Below the pieces are notes generated by a model. That model had not been told where the DNA came from, made no database searches, and was given only the letters and a program-made list of their open reading frames with translations. A DNA stretch of 64,000 nucleotides, taken from Kiritimatiellia bacterium (GTDB taxonomy: Bacteria > Verrucomicrobiota > Kiritimatiellia > RFP12 > UBA1067). The stretch lies in contig JAZOQU010000019.1 of NCBI GenBank assembly GCA_045656225.1, forward strand, positions 13,320 to 77,319, in the 5' to 3' direction. Positions 1-9,186 of the stretch are shown piece by piece; the stretch's first letter is position 1, and each line of letters begins with the position of its first letter. The position numbers were made by a program, and so were the translations under genes.

Positions 1-155
1 ACACCGCACACGAATCTACCAACCCAGTTCATCTTCATCTCCAATAGACTCTCGTATTTCACTTACTTTTTACGTAAGAGGTTGAACATTTTTAGAATGC
101 CGGAAACTTGTAGGAACAGTCCCCTTCGCATATTACTGCGCACGCATATACGATG

Positions 156-869
156 TCACCACTTGTCGTAGTGAATCTTGGACAGATTCCACTTATCCTT
201 AACTGGAGGATTCTCTGCCGGGTAGCCGACGGGAATGACGTTGAGCGGCATATAACCGTCGGGTATGGACAAAATCTCGCGGACTGCGGCAACACGCTCT
301 TCGCCAGGATAAACGCCCGTCCAAACGGCTCCCAGCCCTTGAGCATGCGCGGCAAGAAGAAGATTCATGGCCGCCGCCGAACAGTCGTGGATCCAGTATT
401 CCTTGCCGCGTCCAGGCAACCCGTTGTCAAGAGAACCGCAAACGACAATCGCAAGTTTCGCGCCGTTGCCAACACGCGAATAAGGAAGTCGCTCGGCGAG
501 CAGCGCCAGTTTCGCAGGATCCTTCACGACAACAAACTCCCACGGACGCTTATCCATCGCCGATGGTGCACTCATCGCGGCACGCAGCATCTTCTCTACC
601 TTTTCGTCCTCGACGGGCTTGGACGGGTCAAACTTTCGGATCGATTTTCGCGTTGAGATCGCGGTCAGAACATCCGGTCCATTCTTCTTGACTGCATCAA
701 CGCCCTCGCCAACGCCGCAGATAAATTCAGTTGCGCCCTTACCGACAAGGTCGCCGCCCTTGCGCGCGACCTTGCGTCCAATATCCTCCGCCTTGTCGCA
801 GCCGCAGATGACAACCGACAATCCCGCCACTAAGACAAATATCCTTGGAAAACCTGTAAACCTGATCAT
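156..869 (-). CDS. Nitroreductase family protein with N-terminal lipoprotein-type signal
   Basis: Motifs ISTRKSIRKF, AAMSAPSAMDKRPWEFVVV, DCSAAAMNLLLAAHAQGLGAVW and IPVGYP; hydrophobic N-terminus ending in VICGC. Confidence 0.88.
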   Translation of the reverse strand: MIRFTGFPRIFVLVAGLSVVICGCDKAEDIGRKVARKGGDLVGKGATEFICGVGEGVDAVKKNGPDVLTAISTRKSIRKFDPSKPVEDEKVEKMLRAAMSAPSAMDKRPWEFVVVKDPAKLALLAERLPYSRVGNGAKLAIVVCGSLDNGLPGRGKEYWIHDCSAAAMNLLLAAHAQGLGAVWTGVYPGEERVAAVREILSIPDGYMPLNVIPVGYPAENPPVKDKWNLSKIHYDKW

Positions 870-1187
870 ATCAAACCTCCTTTGTTTTGCCTAAACCATC
901 GTCGATATCAACATTATACCACAATTCATTCAGGTTGTGACTGAGTGGTTTTTACAGCCGGTGTTTGTGCGATTTTAACCTCTAATATAATATAGCCCAG
1001 AACGCATCCCCTTATTATATTGAGCCTTCAGAGCTTCAATAACAACCATATTTTCAGCCAAAACCCAAGTCCAACTTTGGATTTGCCCAAAACACCCCTA
1101 TCCTCCCGCGCCCTTCCGTCCTGCGCCCTCTTCCCACTTCCCCATTCCCTTTGCGCTCTTTGCGTCCTTTGCGACTAAAACATGCCC

Positions 1188-2219
1188 CTACACCATCATC
1201 ATCAACGCATCCTTCAACAATCTCACCCTCTCCTTCTCGCCCCCATCCCTATACCCCTTCAAATATATCAAGCGACCACCAAACCCAGTCCTCAGCTCTC
1301 CATCTACACGCTCTGCACGTTCTACACGGTTCAAACCATCCCCCCAAGCAGGAGCGCCATCCGTCGTAATAACACGCTTGCCGCGCTCAAGCGCCTCCGC
1401 GACGACCAGCCCAAAATTCTCGCTCAGCGTCGGCAACACCAGCACATCACACCAATCCCAAACCTTCTCCAGCTCCTCACCCTTCGCATCACTTACAATT
1501 CTCAGTTCAATATTTAACCGTGTAGAACGTGTAGAGCGTGTAGAATTTTGTAATTGCCTGACGGCAGCTTCAAGAAACTCAACCCCTTTAAGCGGATGCC
1601 GCCGACCTAAATACAGCAGGTTCAGTTGTGAGTTGTGAGTTGTGAGTTGTGAATTACTTTCATCCCTCTCCGACCCGGAACCCGAAGCCCTAAACCCAAA
1701 ACTCTCTCCCTCTACACGATCTACACGTTCTACACGGCTGATAAAATTCCCTCTCTCTTCTACACGTCCTATGCGTTCTTTGCGGCTAAAATCAAAAAAC
1801 CTCTTCACATCCTCCACCACAATCTCTGGACACTTCTTCCCTAAATACGCCTCAATCCACGCCTTCTCCGCGTCGCACGTCGCGACAATCCTATCCGCCT
1901 TCCTAAGCCAATACCGCTCAATCGGCCCGACAAGCCACTTCTTCCAACCATGATACCTAAGTCTAACAGGATCTAAATTCGCATGCGTCATCCGAACGAG
2001 CGGCCTCTTCGCCTCAACAACCCTCCTACAAGCCTTAAGCGTCATCGGCAACCAGCACGAATGAACCCAAACTTCCTCATATTTCGCTAAATCCTTAATC
2101 TTGCCAAATTCCCGCGCATCGACCATCTCCGCCGCCTGCTCGCCAGCTATCAACTTCGCCGCGACAGCGATGCCGTTAAACGGATTATCCAGCCCTGGAA
2201 CTACATGAAGAATCTTCAT
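1188..2219 (-). CDS. GT4 glycosyltransferase carrying in-frame low-complexity repeat insertions
   Basis: MKILHVVPGL start (ATGA overlap with upstream stop), LLYLGRRHPLKG and LPTLSENFGLVVAEAL; inserts read RVERVDRVE, STRSTRSTR and SQLTTHNSQL. Confidence 0.88.
   Translation of the reverse strand: MKILHVVPGLDNPFNGIAVAAKLIAGEQAAEMVDAREFGKIKDLAKYEEVWVHSCWLPMTLKACRRVVEAKRPLVRMTHANLDPVRLRYHGWKKWLVGPIERYWLRKADRIVATCDAEKAWIEAYLGKKCPEIVVEDVKRFFDFSRKERIGRVEERGNFISRVERVDRVEGESFGFRASGSGSERDESNSQLTTHNSQLNLLYLGRRHPLKGVEFLEAAVRQLQNSTRSTRSTRLNIELRIVSDAKGEELEKVWDWCDVLVLPTLSENFGLVVAEALERGKRVITTDGAPAWGDGLNRVERAERVDGELRTGFGGRLIYLKGYRDGGEKERVRLLKDALMMMV
1303..1545. repeat. Inverted pair of ~29-bp (TCTACACGN)x3-type repeats inside the GT4 gene
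   Basis: 1303-1331 tctacacgctctgcacgttctacacggtt vs 1516-1544 aaccgtgtagaacgtgtagagcgtgtaga (reverse complement, 1 mismatch); further copies near 1711-1739 and 1759-1790. Confidence 0.9.
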
Positions 2220-2812
2220 TTCCTCACCCTCCAGCACATCCCAACAACCTCTAGATTTTCTTTACCGAAAACCTCATCCACAGCGCGCGTAACTCCAAAA
2301 AGCGGATTCGGATTACCATAATCATGACCAGAAATAATCCCGATCCCAGCCGCCTTAGCCCACTCACATTCCGCCTTAACATCCTCATACCGATGACTCG
2401 CATCAAAAAACACCATATCGATCTTACCCTTAAACTTCTCACGCCAATCCTCGCTGTCGCAATTAACAACCTCAACGCCGCTCCCCCTCAAAATCTGCCG
2501 CGTAAAAGCCTCATGAACCTTAGAAGGTAACCCAAAAGAATTCCAGCTGAAATTATCCACCGCGACAACTCGCCCTCCAACATTACTACGCGCCATCTCC
2601 CGCGCCGTTAAACCGAACAAAGTCCCAACCTCAACAACAACAGCGCCCTCCTTTTCACTTGCCCAAGACTTAACCGCATTCAATTCCTCATCCGTTAAAC
2701 TCCCGAGCTCATCAAGCGCATGATTATCCTTCATACAAAAATAACTCAACGCCGATAACATTCTCTTAACGTCTCGCCAATGCTTCATCAATGCCCAAAT
2801 TCGCTTAAACAT
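2216..2812 (-). CDS. Class I SAM-dependent methyltransferase (Methyltransf_24-like)
   Basis: VVEVGTLFG, VAVDNF, IDMVFFDASHRYEDV and ISGHDY motifs. Confidence 0.85.
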   Translation of the reverse strand: MFKRIWALMKHWRDVKRMLSALSYFCMKDNHALDELGSLTDEELNAVKSWASEKEGAVVVEVGTLFGLTAREMARSNVGGRVVAVDNFSWNSFGLPSKVHEAFTRQILRGSGVEVVNCDSEDWREKFKGKIDMVFFDASHRYEDVKAECEWAKAAGIGIISGHDYGNPNPLFGVTRAVDEVFGKENLEVVGMCWRVRK

Positions 2813-2816
2813 AACA

Positions 2817-3815
2817 TCATCCTTTCAAATTAAATTCCCTACAAATCGAATCCACTCGCTTTACCCATTCTGCGCAATCATACTGAGCGGCCAAATTACG
2901 ATTCTCCTCTCGAACAACATCAACATCATCTGACACAGCCTTTTCAACCCTCGCCAATTCACGCGCAAGTTCCCCTGGCTTTCCATGCTTAAACACAAAC
3001 CAATTCTTGCCCAATTCTGGCCGATTAGTACACCTGTCGCTCGCAACTATCATACACCCCGCGCTCATCGACTCCAAAAGCACCAACGGCCAAGGATCAA
3101 AATCACTCGCAAGCACAAAAGCTGCCGCGGATTTCATTAACCCAGGCACCTTCTCAGGCTCCACAAAACCATTGGCTAAATCCTTACCATACAATCGAAG
3201 CTCTAGCTTACCGCCGCGCTCTCGATAAAGCCGATACCCTTCCTGCAAAACATCCAACCGCTTCTCAGGCGAATTCCTCCCAACATACAATAAATAAGGC
3301 TTTTCATCCCTCCTTATCGCATTATAAAATCTCTCAGTCTTAATGCCGAACAAACCCTTAAAAATCCTCTTAAACCCTAACCACTTAGCATACCGCTCAC
3401 AAACCACCCCTGGCACAAACGCCGCGTCATAATTCCACAAAAACCTACCTAAAACCAACGGCGCGACTAAACACCTAAACTTCCACCTCCACGGCATATC
3501 GAAACAACAAACCTTAGGAATACCCGCCCAAGATTCGTCCTCGACAAAATAACGACATACTCGCGACCTCCAACCTACAGAAAAAACAATATCAGGCCTC
3601 CAACCGCCTAAATCAGGAAACGCCGCGTTATCATCAACAAGCTTATAATCCAAACCACGTAAAACATCCTCTGCTTGAAACGAAATCTGAACGGCATTCC
3701 TCTTTTCAATAACGACAATAACTTTAAGATCAATATCCGGGCGCTTTGCCAACTCGCGCCAGCAATCCCCCATATAGCTCGTAAGCCCCGTCCAAACAAA
3801 AAGCATCTTCTTCAT
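2817..3815 (-). CDS. GT4 glycosyltransferase
   Basis: LLYVGRNSPEKRL and FVLASDFDPWPLVLLESMSAG. Confidence 0.88.
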   Translation of the reverse strand: MKKMLFVWTGLTSYMGDCWRELAKRPDIDLKVIVVIEKRNAVQISFQAEDVLRGLDYKLVDDNAAFPDLGGWRPDIVFSVGWRSRVCRYFVEDESWAGIPKVCCFDMPWRWKFRCLVAPLVLGRFLWNYDAAFVPGVVCERYAKWLGFKRIFKGLFGIKTERFYNAIRRDEKPYLLYVGRNSPEKRLDVLQEGYRLYRERGGKLELRLYGKDLANGFVEPEKVPGLMKSAAAFVLASDFDPWPLVLLESMSAGCMIVASDRCTNRPELGKNWFVFKHGKPGELARELARVEKAVSDDVDVVREENRNLAAQYDCAEWVKRVDSICREFNLKG

Positions 3816-4643
3816 TTATCTCCACCAATATAAACAAGCCAGCAAACTCTTAATCCGAAAACGCAAAGACATTCCCCTTAACACCAATATACGCCAAAAA
3901 TATGGTCGTAGATATTTATTAGCCCCTTCAGCTGCCTTGTCATGCAATATAACATCAGTAAGCATTAATGCCATCCCCTGACGCGCTTCATCACGCCATT
4001 CCTCAGGAAGTTCATTAATCAACCCTAAAAAGCCTTTGCACGCTTCATCATAATCCATTCTCTGAGTATAATTACTTAATCCGTGACCATGCTTAACATA
4101 GCAATACAAACAATCAGGAATGAACTTAACTCTCTTCACTTTAGGCAAAACCTGAAGACTGGCCTGATAATCTTGCTTAACTCTTCCGTCAAATACAACA
4201 CCCTTCCAGAGCTCTCTACTAAACACCCGATGCCACAACCAATGAGGCATACCAAGCCCGCTTAACATATTCCTTGCATACGCTGAACCGTCTTCAATAT
4301 GCTCATTAGGAGAATATAGCCTACGCTTTTTACCTAAACGTATCTCATTAATGCCAAAAACTAAAACATCACAATCACGATTTACTTCCAATGCATCGGC
4401 AATTACACTAAACCATTCTGGCTCAACCACATCATCACAATCCACCCATGCTATCCAATCGCCAGTCGCTTTTGACAATCCCTCATTCCTCGCAATATAT
4501 GCACCGCGATGCTCTAAATCAAAACAAGGCAGCAGCTCATGCTCCACCTTACCGGAATATGCCGCGATTGATGTTGTAAGACTCTCGTCGCAGACTTTCC
4601 ATTCATCCATATTACCGACAGGAACTATAACCGATATTTTCAT
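3816..4643 (-). CDS. GT2 glycosyltransferase
   Basis: MKISVIVPV and ARNEGLSKATGDWIAWVDCDD. Confidence 0.9.
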   Translation of the reverse strand: MKISVIVPVGNMDEWKVCDESLTTSIAAYSGKVEHELLPCFDLEHRGAYIARNEGLSKATGDWIAWVDCDDVVEPEWFSVIADALEVNRDCDVLVFGINEIRLGKKRRLYSPNEHIEDGSAYARNMLSGLGMPHWLWHRVFSRELWKGVVFDGRVKQDYQASLQVLPKVKRVKFIPDCLYCYVKHGHGLSNYTQRMDYDEACKGFLGLINELPEEWRDEARQGMALMLTDVILHDKAAEGANKYLRPYFWRILVLRGMSLRFRIKSLLACLYWWR

Positions 4644-5407
4644 CCTTCACCCCTTATAACATGAAGAATTAAATGTATACAACTTGCCGTCGCAACGCAT
4701 ACGCCCCAATTACGTCTACGATAAAGCCACAGATCATGCAAATTCCATCCCTTCGGATTAAATAGCATCCTCCACCTCTCTCCAAACCTGAGCCCTTTTA
4801 ATGACGGACGATTCGCATGTCCCTCCGCCTTCCCTACAATATCGGCGCTCACAACAGCGACCCTGGCTCGCTTGGCCTGCATTGCATAATCGCTGTCCGC
4901 CCAAGCGTGAAAATATTCTCCACAAATAACGCCGATTCGATTATAAACCCGCCGCGGAATTAATACGCAATTACCTGTAAACAACCCATCTTTACGAACG
5001 CCATAAACAATCTCACCTTTTGAATTTTCAAGCTCGCCGACGACAATCCTTTCCCCATTATTAACCGACAACATCTTCGTTATCGAATCTTCCCTCAAAA
5101 CCGTATCGTCATTCAACCAAAGATACGCATCCCAATCATAAACCTTAATAGATTCATTCCATGCCAAATTCATTCCTTTTGCCCAAAAAAGATTGCCATT
5201 GCCACCAATAACATTTACCTCTGGAAATCTCTCACGAACAGCTGCTGCCGTACCATCAATACTGCCGTCATCTACCAGAAAAACCTTAAACGAGCAATCT
5301 GCCGCCGCATCAAATGCAGACACCAACCGTGCGAGACAATTAAGCGTCGTCTCGCATCGATTATGACATGTCATTAATACAGCAATACGCATTTCTTTTA
5401 CGTCCAA
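4640..5407 (-). CDS. GT2 glycosyltransferase (rhamnosyltransferase-like)
   Basis: IAVLMTCHNR, LVDDGSIDGT, GNLFWAKGMN and LWLNDD. Confidence 0.9.
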   Translation of the reverse strand: MDVKEMRIAVLMTCHNRCETTLNCLARLVSAFDAAADCSFKVFLVDDGSIDGTAAAVRERFPEVNVIGGNGNLFWAKGMNLAWNESIKVYDWDAYLWLNDDTVLREDSITKMLSVNNGERIVVGELENSKGEIVYGVRKDGLFTGNCVLIPRRVYNRIGVICGEYFHAWADSDYAMQAKRARVAVVSADIVGKAEGHANRPSLKGLRFGERWRMLFNPKGWNLHDLWLYRRRNWGVCVATASCIHLILHVIRGEG

Positions 5408-5423
5408 AAAGCTTCATTTTTTT

Positions 5424-6950
5424 TCACTTTATTTTACCAATTTCCCGGTCAACAATCCAGCGATACCATAATCCTTGCCAGAAATGCCATCGCCAGCCAG
5501 CAACCCCATCTAAGAATCCACGTTTAAGAAAATAGCGCACACAGAAATAGAGAAAAGCCCTAAAATAACGCGGCAGTTTATAATACTTCGCCTTGCGCGG
5601 ATCTTGAAACGAACCCTCTAAAGCTTGTTGCGCTTCACGCTTCGCATATCCTCTATGCTTCTCTTTCCACCATTCAAGCGAATTTAAGTTATCATCATAA
5701 AACACAACAGGAACAGCCAACTTATCCCCTTCATAAACAATCCGCTCATCCATCAAAGTTTCCGCATATCTGCCGCGGCCCCTTCTGAACATGCGAACCA
5801 TCTGTATGCCGTTCGTTCCATGCCGGATCTCCCCGCCCATGAACTTGCGCTCAAGCGTAAACTCAAGAGCCGACACCTTCTCGTCGATTCCATCAAGATT
5901 TGCCTTCAGCCAATCTATAGACTCAGGCGTCAAGTACTCGTCCGCGTCCAATCGCAGAATCCACTTCGCCTCTATCGGCAGATTGTCCAACGCCCAATTG
6001 AACTGCACAGACTGCAATCCCGGCCATTCATGCTCAGCAAGGACGATGCCGCCCCCCTTGCGCTCTAGCGCGGCATTTGGTATACTTTCTTGTGTGGACG
6101 GATTGGAGCCTGCCGCGACTTGGCGATGTACCACCGTCTCTACAGCCTCGGCGAGCGGCATTAACCGAGGCGCTTTTTTTACCCTTTTAGACGATGCCTC
6201 AAAAGTGACTTCTGTCAGATTCGCGTCAATGTTCCCAAAATCGTCAAGCCGCGTAATAACGTTCACAACCCGTCCCAGAACATCGTCCCCTTCAAACATG
6301 ATGGCGTCGTATCGGGCGTTCTCATTTCGCCTGACGACACATCTTTCAAGTCGCAGTGTCGATTCCAGCACATCGAACGCTTCAATCTTGTGATAATTCA
6401 GCCACCTTTCGTTGTATGTTTTGCCGGGCAACCGCTTGCCGCCATTCGTCACCGCATGAACTGAATACTCCGCCCATGAAACAGCGTTGTCCTCATTTCT
6501 CCTTCTCGCCCTTTCGTCTGGCGTGAAGTAGACGCACCGTCCGTCGGACAACTGCACGATCTTCCGTGAGAACTCCCTAAAGAACCGAATCGCCCCATCT
6601 CGCATGGCGGCGCGTCCGTCCGCGCCCTTGGACCGATACTCCCCGGCAGCAAGCTTCTCGTCAAGAAGCACATCCAGTGCAGCGACAAACCGCTCTTCCG
6701 AAACATCCGCCAACCACTCCTCCACCTTCTCCAATGCGCGGCGCATGAATTCATCGGCAGAAGAAATGATAAAATGGGTCTGACCTATTTTATCATTTTG
6801 CCACTCCTCCACTATCCTCTGCGTTCCATCGGTGGAGAAGCAGTCAACGACAAAAATCTGGCGCGGCGAAAGTGCCGCGATCCGCTCCAAGCACCGCACG
6901 ATATGCAGTTTCTCGTCCTTCGTCAAAATTATTATAGCAATGTCAGACAT
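5424..6950 (-). CDS. GT2 glycosyltransferase with a ~250-aa in-frame foreign insertion
   Basis: N-part IAIIILTKDEKLHIVRCL...VVDCFSTDGT joins C-part EHEWPGLQSVQFNWALD...WILRLDADEYL...GFLDG; residues ~52-300 are unrelated to GT2. Confidence 0.85.
   Translation of the reverse strand: MSDIAIIILTKDEKLHIVRCLERIAALSPRQIFVVDCFSTDGTQRIVEEWQNDKIGQTHFIISSADEFMRRALEKVEEWLADVSEERFVAALDVLLDEKLAAGEYRSKGADGRAAMRDGAIRFFREFSRKIVQLSDGRCVYFTPDERARRRNEDNAVSWAEYSVHAVTNGGKRLPGKTYNERWLNYHKIEAFDVLESTLRLERCVVRRNENARYDAIMFEGDDVLGRVVNVITRLDDFGNIDANLTEVTFEASSKRVKKAPRLMPLAEAVETVVHRQVAAGSNPSTQESIPNAALERKGGGIVLAEHEWPGLQSVQFNWALDNLPIEAKWILRLDADEYLTPESIDWLKANLDGIDEKVSALEFTLERKFMGGEIRHGTNGIQMVRMFRRGRGRYAETLMDERIVYEGDKLAVPVVFYDDNLNSLEWWKEKHRGYAKREAQQALEGSFQDPRKAKYYKLPRYFRAFLYFCVRYFLKRGFLDGVAGWRWHFWQGLWYRWIVDREIGKIK
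6058..6086 (+). promoter_or_regulatory. Sigma70-type promoter antisense to the 3' end of the inserted domain
   Basis: TTGCGC (6058-6063), 17 nt spacer, TATACT (6081-6086), with TG one base upstream of the -10. Confidence 0.65.
6092..6180 (+). ncRNA. Candidate ~90-nt antisense small RNA
   Basis: Bounded by the promoter above and an intrinsic terminator GCCTCGG-13nt-CCGAGGC-gc-T7 (6145-6180); 5' GGACGG can pair with CCGTCT. Confidence 0.5.
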
Positions 6951-7047
6951 AGTGTTTAACCACCAACTACATGAACAGAGTTATTGCACACAAATTCACA
7001 TAATCAAACTATCATAAAATACGATAACTCGTCCAGCGTACAGTATT

Positions 7048-9186
7048 TCAATACTCTTCATCAATATTCGTTTCTAAAGGCTCTGAAACATCCGATGCTT
7101 CACACTGAGACTCTTCGTCTCCTATCCATTTTTTACACGTTGTTTCGTATGGGATCAAATTATCTTTATTAAGCCAATTCTTGATGAATTCAGGATCATG
7201 GCTATTAGGTGTCGGCCTTACCTTGTCAATACGAACCTGAATTGGCGTCCTGACACAATCTCCTGTCACGATGGCATGTCTTTGCGGCAATATTGGCAAC
7301 TGATCTAAAATATCCGCGCTTGCACTAGACACCAATCCTCGAACATATTTCTGGTCCTCAGGATTTTGCAATCGGTGTATGACAAAGGAATTGCACTGTG
7401 ATAAGACGGTCTTCGACAACTCCGAAGGACGCTGGCTAGAGACTATCAACGAAATGCCGAACTTTCGACCCTCTCTGGCTATTCTCTCAAAAACCCGCTT
7501 CGCCACTGAATCTTCTTTCTCTGCAATGTAGTTCTGTGCCTCCTCCAAGACAATAACAATTGGGTGCGTCCCTCTTTCTTCAGGCATGAAATTAGAAACA
7601 AACTCCAATATAATGCGCCCAAGTAGTGCTGTCACTGTCTCGAGAACCTCAAATGGCAATAACGAAACATCAACTACGGTAATTTGGTTTGTGCGGGATT
7701 GGTCACATGTGGTGTTTATCTTGTTATACACTTCTACAAAGTCATTCTTCCTATCTTCTGGGCGGGACGTTGAAGAAAACTCTGCATTATAGTCACCAAG
7801 CAACAAAGCCAAGAAATGCGGCAAGACTTTACGATTGCACTCATTCTCATCTTTCAGCATCAGCGGAATAGCCATACGGTTATCATTCAGGAAACTGTGC
7901 ATCCTAAGCCGTAGCGTGGAAACAAAATCGGAAATCCTTGCATTACCTCTCTCTTGCTCGGTAATGGCCGCATCCAAAAATTTTGTGCAAAGTTCACGAT
8001 AGCTAAACCAGGTAGGCAGGTCAACATTCTTTTCACTTAAGACTTGTTTTCTGGTGTTTGAACTTTGCATGCCAAGGATAAATGACTCCAACCGTTTAGT
8101 GCATTTCTCAATTTCTGACGGCTTTGGAACATTATATGTAGCACCATCCCTATTGGGAATTTCTGAGATTACATCAACCAACTTTTCACCAGTTGGCAAT
8201 TCAATGTTTCGGCTCTCCCAATCCTCAAACACCTCTTTGAAATTGCGAATCTTCCAATATTCAGAGGACTTCATTGTGTTAACAATTAACATCAACTGTT
8301 GAATATCCAAGTCAGAATATATGCCCTCGACAGAACATTCTATTTGATTCTTTGCGAATGAAATCGCCCTATTAAGAACCGGTGCCTGGGTCCCTTCTCC
8401 TGGTTTTAATAGTGCTTTAAACTCTTGCCAATTCATTAGCCAATATGGCACCTTGACTTGTCCATCTCCTCCATAATAATAAGCGTTTATATCTTTCAAC
8501 CCGTCTTCACTACCACCTGAATCCGCGAAAAATGCATCTCGATATTCACCGTTTGTGTCCAGAATAATGATATGTGCTTTCTGCAGCTTCCCTTCTTTGT
8601 ATTTAAACTCGAAAAGACTACGCAGAATAGATGTCAATGTACACGACTTACCAGATCCCGTATTCCCAAGAATCGCGGCATGCTTAACAAAGAACTGATC
8701 GGGACATATCTTTACCTTGTAGTTAGAAAACACAGGTGATATGCCGATTGGAAGGTAATAGTCTTTCTTGTAATCAATAGCAACACTGTCTTTGTCATCG
8801 AAAATCTGCTTCAGATCATCTTCCGTCGCATACCAAACAGGATTGTCCAGGACTGGGAAGTTGTAGACGCCCTGAAGGAAAGACTCTCTGCCATCTTCTT
8901 TATGAATAGTCCCTTGCATTGTTGCCAGGATATATCGGGAGGAATCAGGCAAAGAGACAGTCTTCATATTCCTGTCCAACTCAGCCTCTTCCTTCATCGT
9001 TACTCGCGTAATGATAGCCACTACTCTATCTGCCCCTACTGGAATAATCAGATAGGAGTTTATCCTTGCCACCTCATAAATGTCGTTTATGCCACTTTTG
9101 TAGACACTTTTGATTTCATCATTAATCTTGACATAAACTCGAAAATTATCAACCGAAAGGACTCTGCCAATAACTCTATCTTGCAT
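7048..9186 (-). CDS. herA: HerA/FtsK-like ATPase (DUF87), partner of Sir2
   Basis: Start MQDRVIGRV after GGAAGGAGG; HAAILGNTGSGKS (Walker A), LEEAQNY (Walker B), IAREGRKFG and SQRPSEL. Confidence 0.92.
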   Translation of the reverse strand: MQDRVIGRVLSVDNFRVYVKINDEIKSVYKSGINDIYEVARINSYLIIPVGADRVVAIITRVTMKEEAELDRNMKTVSLPDSSRYILATMQGTIHKEDGRESFLQGVYNFPVLDNPVWYATEDDLKQIFDDKDSVAIDYKKDYYLPIGISPVFSNYKVKICPDQFFVKHAAILGNTGSGKSCTLTSILRSLFEFKYKEGKLQKAHIIILDTNGEYRDAFFADSGGSEDGLKDINAYYYGGDGQVKVPYWLMNWQEFKALLKPGEGTQAPVLNRAISFAKNQIECSVEGIYSDLDIQQLMLIVNTMKSSEYWKIRNFKEVFEDWESRNIELPTGEKLVDVISEIPNRDGATYNVPKPSEIEKCTKRLESFILGMQSSNTRKQVLSEKNVDLPTWFSYRELCTKFLDAAITEQERGNARISDFVSTLRLRMHSFLNDNRMAIPLMLKDENECNRKVLPHFLALLLGDYNAEFSSTSRPEDRKNDFVEVYNKINTTCDQSRTNQITVVDVSLLPFEVLETVTALLGRIILEFVSNFMPEERGTHPIVIVLEEAQNYIAEKEDSVAKRVFERIAREGRKFGISLIVSSQRPSELSKTVLSQCNSFVIHRLQNPEDQKYVRGLVSSASADILDQLPILPQRHAIVTGDCVRTPIQVRIDKVRPTPNSHDPEFIKNWLNKDNLIPYETTCKKWIGDEESQCEASDVSEPLETNIDEEY

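Noticed and set aside
6050-6795. Intein or self-splicing intron as the GT2 insertion
   Set aside because: No intein terminal residues or LAGLIDADG motifs and no group II intron ends are visible; the frame is continuous.
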